From positions 2,337,419 to 2,401,418 of the forward strand of contig NW_003314275.1 of assembly GCF_000143415.4 (NCBI RefSeq): 64,000 bases of DNA, written 5' to 3'. This document shows, piece by piece, positions 62,487 through 64,000 of this stretch. Position 1 is the stretch's first letter, and each line of letters opens with the position of its first letter. Source of the stretch: Selaginella moellendorffii (taxonomy: Eukaryota > Plantae > Lycopodiophyta). Under the pieces are notes generated by a model. The model worked only from the letters and a program-made list of their open reading frames with translations. It searched no databases and had not been told where the DNA came from. The position numbers and the translations under genes were made by a program.

Positions 62487-64000
62487 TCTCATCTTTGTGG
62501 TGGCAGCCTGAACCCGATCTGTCTCGCCAAAACATGCTTCGAGCTTCTCTTTGAACAACTGAAGATAGTTTTTGGTAGAGTTGAGTGTGTCAAGAATCCC
62601 CCAATTCTTGTCACATTTCTGACTCTCACCAGATTCTTGACCTGCAAACCACATTCTTGACTTTCGAGACACTTCCCTATTCTTGACTCTCTGATTTCCC
62701 GTATAATTCTTGAATCTCAAGCCACATTCCTGATGATGACGTGGTGCCTCCTCGACTTTAGCTATATTTAAGCCGTTTTCGATCCAAAGGTGGTGAAGCT
62801 TCATCAACCTATAGTATATATAGGTTAGCCTTGTTCCATTTCTCCACAATCTGAATCAACACAAGTTTAAGGCTTTTTCTTCGTTTCCATTAGCTTTTCT
62901 CTTTGTCTTCTGCATTTTCCAGTCTTGATTTTGTTTGGGGTCTCGACAGTTTGATTCAGATTGTGTTTTTTTCATTTTTGCATTAGCTCGTTTTGATTGT
63001 TTGATAGTCTTTGCTTTTTTCCCCCTTTTTCTTTCTTCTTTGCCAATGGAGTCTTCAAGCCATCCTGATTTCTTTGCCGAAGTCCTTACAAAAATCCAGT
63101 CTAAGAATACCGAGCTGAAAGCGACCCTTCTTTGCATGCAGCAGGAGCTTGCTTCACTTTCGGCTCAAGGATCCAGCAAAGTTCCTGAACCGAAGGTGAG
63201 TTTCCTGGCAAAATTTTCAAACAAATGTTCAGAGCTTTGCGGATTCCTAAACTAGATGGAGCTGATCTTCACACTTCAACATCGGCAGTACCCCACTCTC
63301 GAGTCTCAAATTGATGCAATCGGGACATTGCTCGATGGTGCAGCTTTGTCATGGTTTTCTCCTCTCCTAGAGAAGAGCATGAAAGGGGTCGTGGTTCTAG
63401 AGCTGATATAGAGTTGTTTTATATCATGAACAAAGTTCTACTTTTAGACAGAAAATTATCTAAATCTACATTTAAATATGACAAAGCAAGTGAAAGTAGA
63501 GTTGAAAGAAATTTTTTAACAAACCTTGCATTAATCTTTTGGCAGGCCAAGATAGATCTATTGATATCCAAAGGAAGCTACATACTTATGGTTACTGTTA
63601 ATAATTTGGAATATTATCCCTGCAAATTATTAAGTTTCAGAATGTCTAATAAGCATATTATTGAATTCAAAGGTCTTCCTCCTTTAAATAGGATCCCTGT
63701 ATTTCACGATCTCGAGTGTGACGGTAATGATCTCTATTATTCCTAGCTTGCAAAGAGAATATTACTACCTTTAGTGACCTAAAGCTCCTTTTAAAAATGT
63801 TTGAATTAGTATTTGGATATTAAATGAAATATCTAAATAATCAGGTGCTAAAAGATTAATATTTGTGCCTACAAATATAGATGCATTCAACTTGAATCAA
63901 TACAAAATAGTGTTAGCAAAATATTTATTGATATGATATATTTGAATGGAATGTAGATCAGATTTAGTTTTAAAACTTACAAATATATAATTATAAAACT
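62487..64000 (+). repeat. Duplicate of 21512-~23015 (chromovirus gag/5' LTR plus flank) with an ~840-bp internal inversion (62568-63407)
   Basis: 62487-62567 matches 21512-21590 directly. 62568-63407 is the reverse complement of ~21593-22420. 63408-64000 matches 22420 onward directly. Confidence 0.88.

Overview
Eukaryotic, land-plant DNA. The very short GT-AG introns, tightly packed genes and chromovirus content suggest a compact genome such as the lycophyte Selaginella (inference). It has three 100-N gaps. Bases 1-10.5 kb are a gene-dense island: tRNA-iMet, an NTF2/SnoaL-like gene, aspartate-semialdehyde dehydrogenase, APC7 and a tandem GST-N/thioredoxin-fold gene. The remaining ~53 kb is a nest of repeats and duplications. 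It includes a complete Tcn1/Tf1-like chromovirus with a self-priming PBS, Cassandra (5S-derived) TRIMs, a second chromovirus, a LINE remnant, and two rearranged pseudogene copies of the GST-N locus. The main finding is a 14.3-kb DNA transposon (40484-54773; 24-bp perfect TIRs, 4-bp TSD) with a Sola-like DDD transposase. Divergent from the transposase is an intron-rich cargo gene that appears to join a ParB/Srx-like domain, a degenerate DNA amino-methyltransferase-like fold and an FCP1-like HAD phosphatase. The element carries about 30 copies of a fixed-spacing 22-bp palindrome (ATGGCRTG-N6-CAYGCCAT), placed one per intron in most cargo-gene introns. Together these suggest a parS/ParB-like or VANC-like self-recognition (possibly anti-silencing) system inside a plant transposon. 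All domain calls are by eye; no searches were run.
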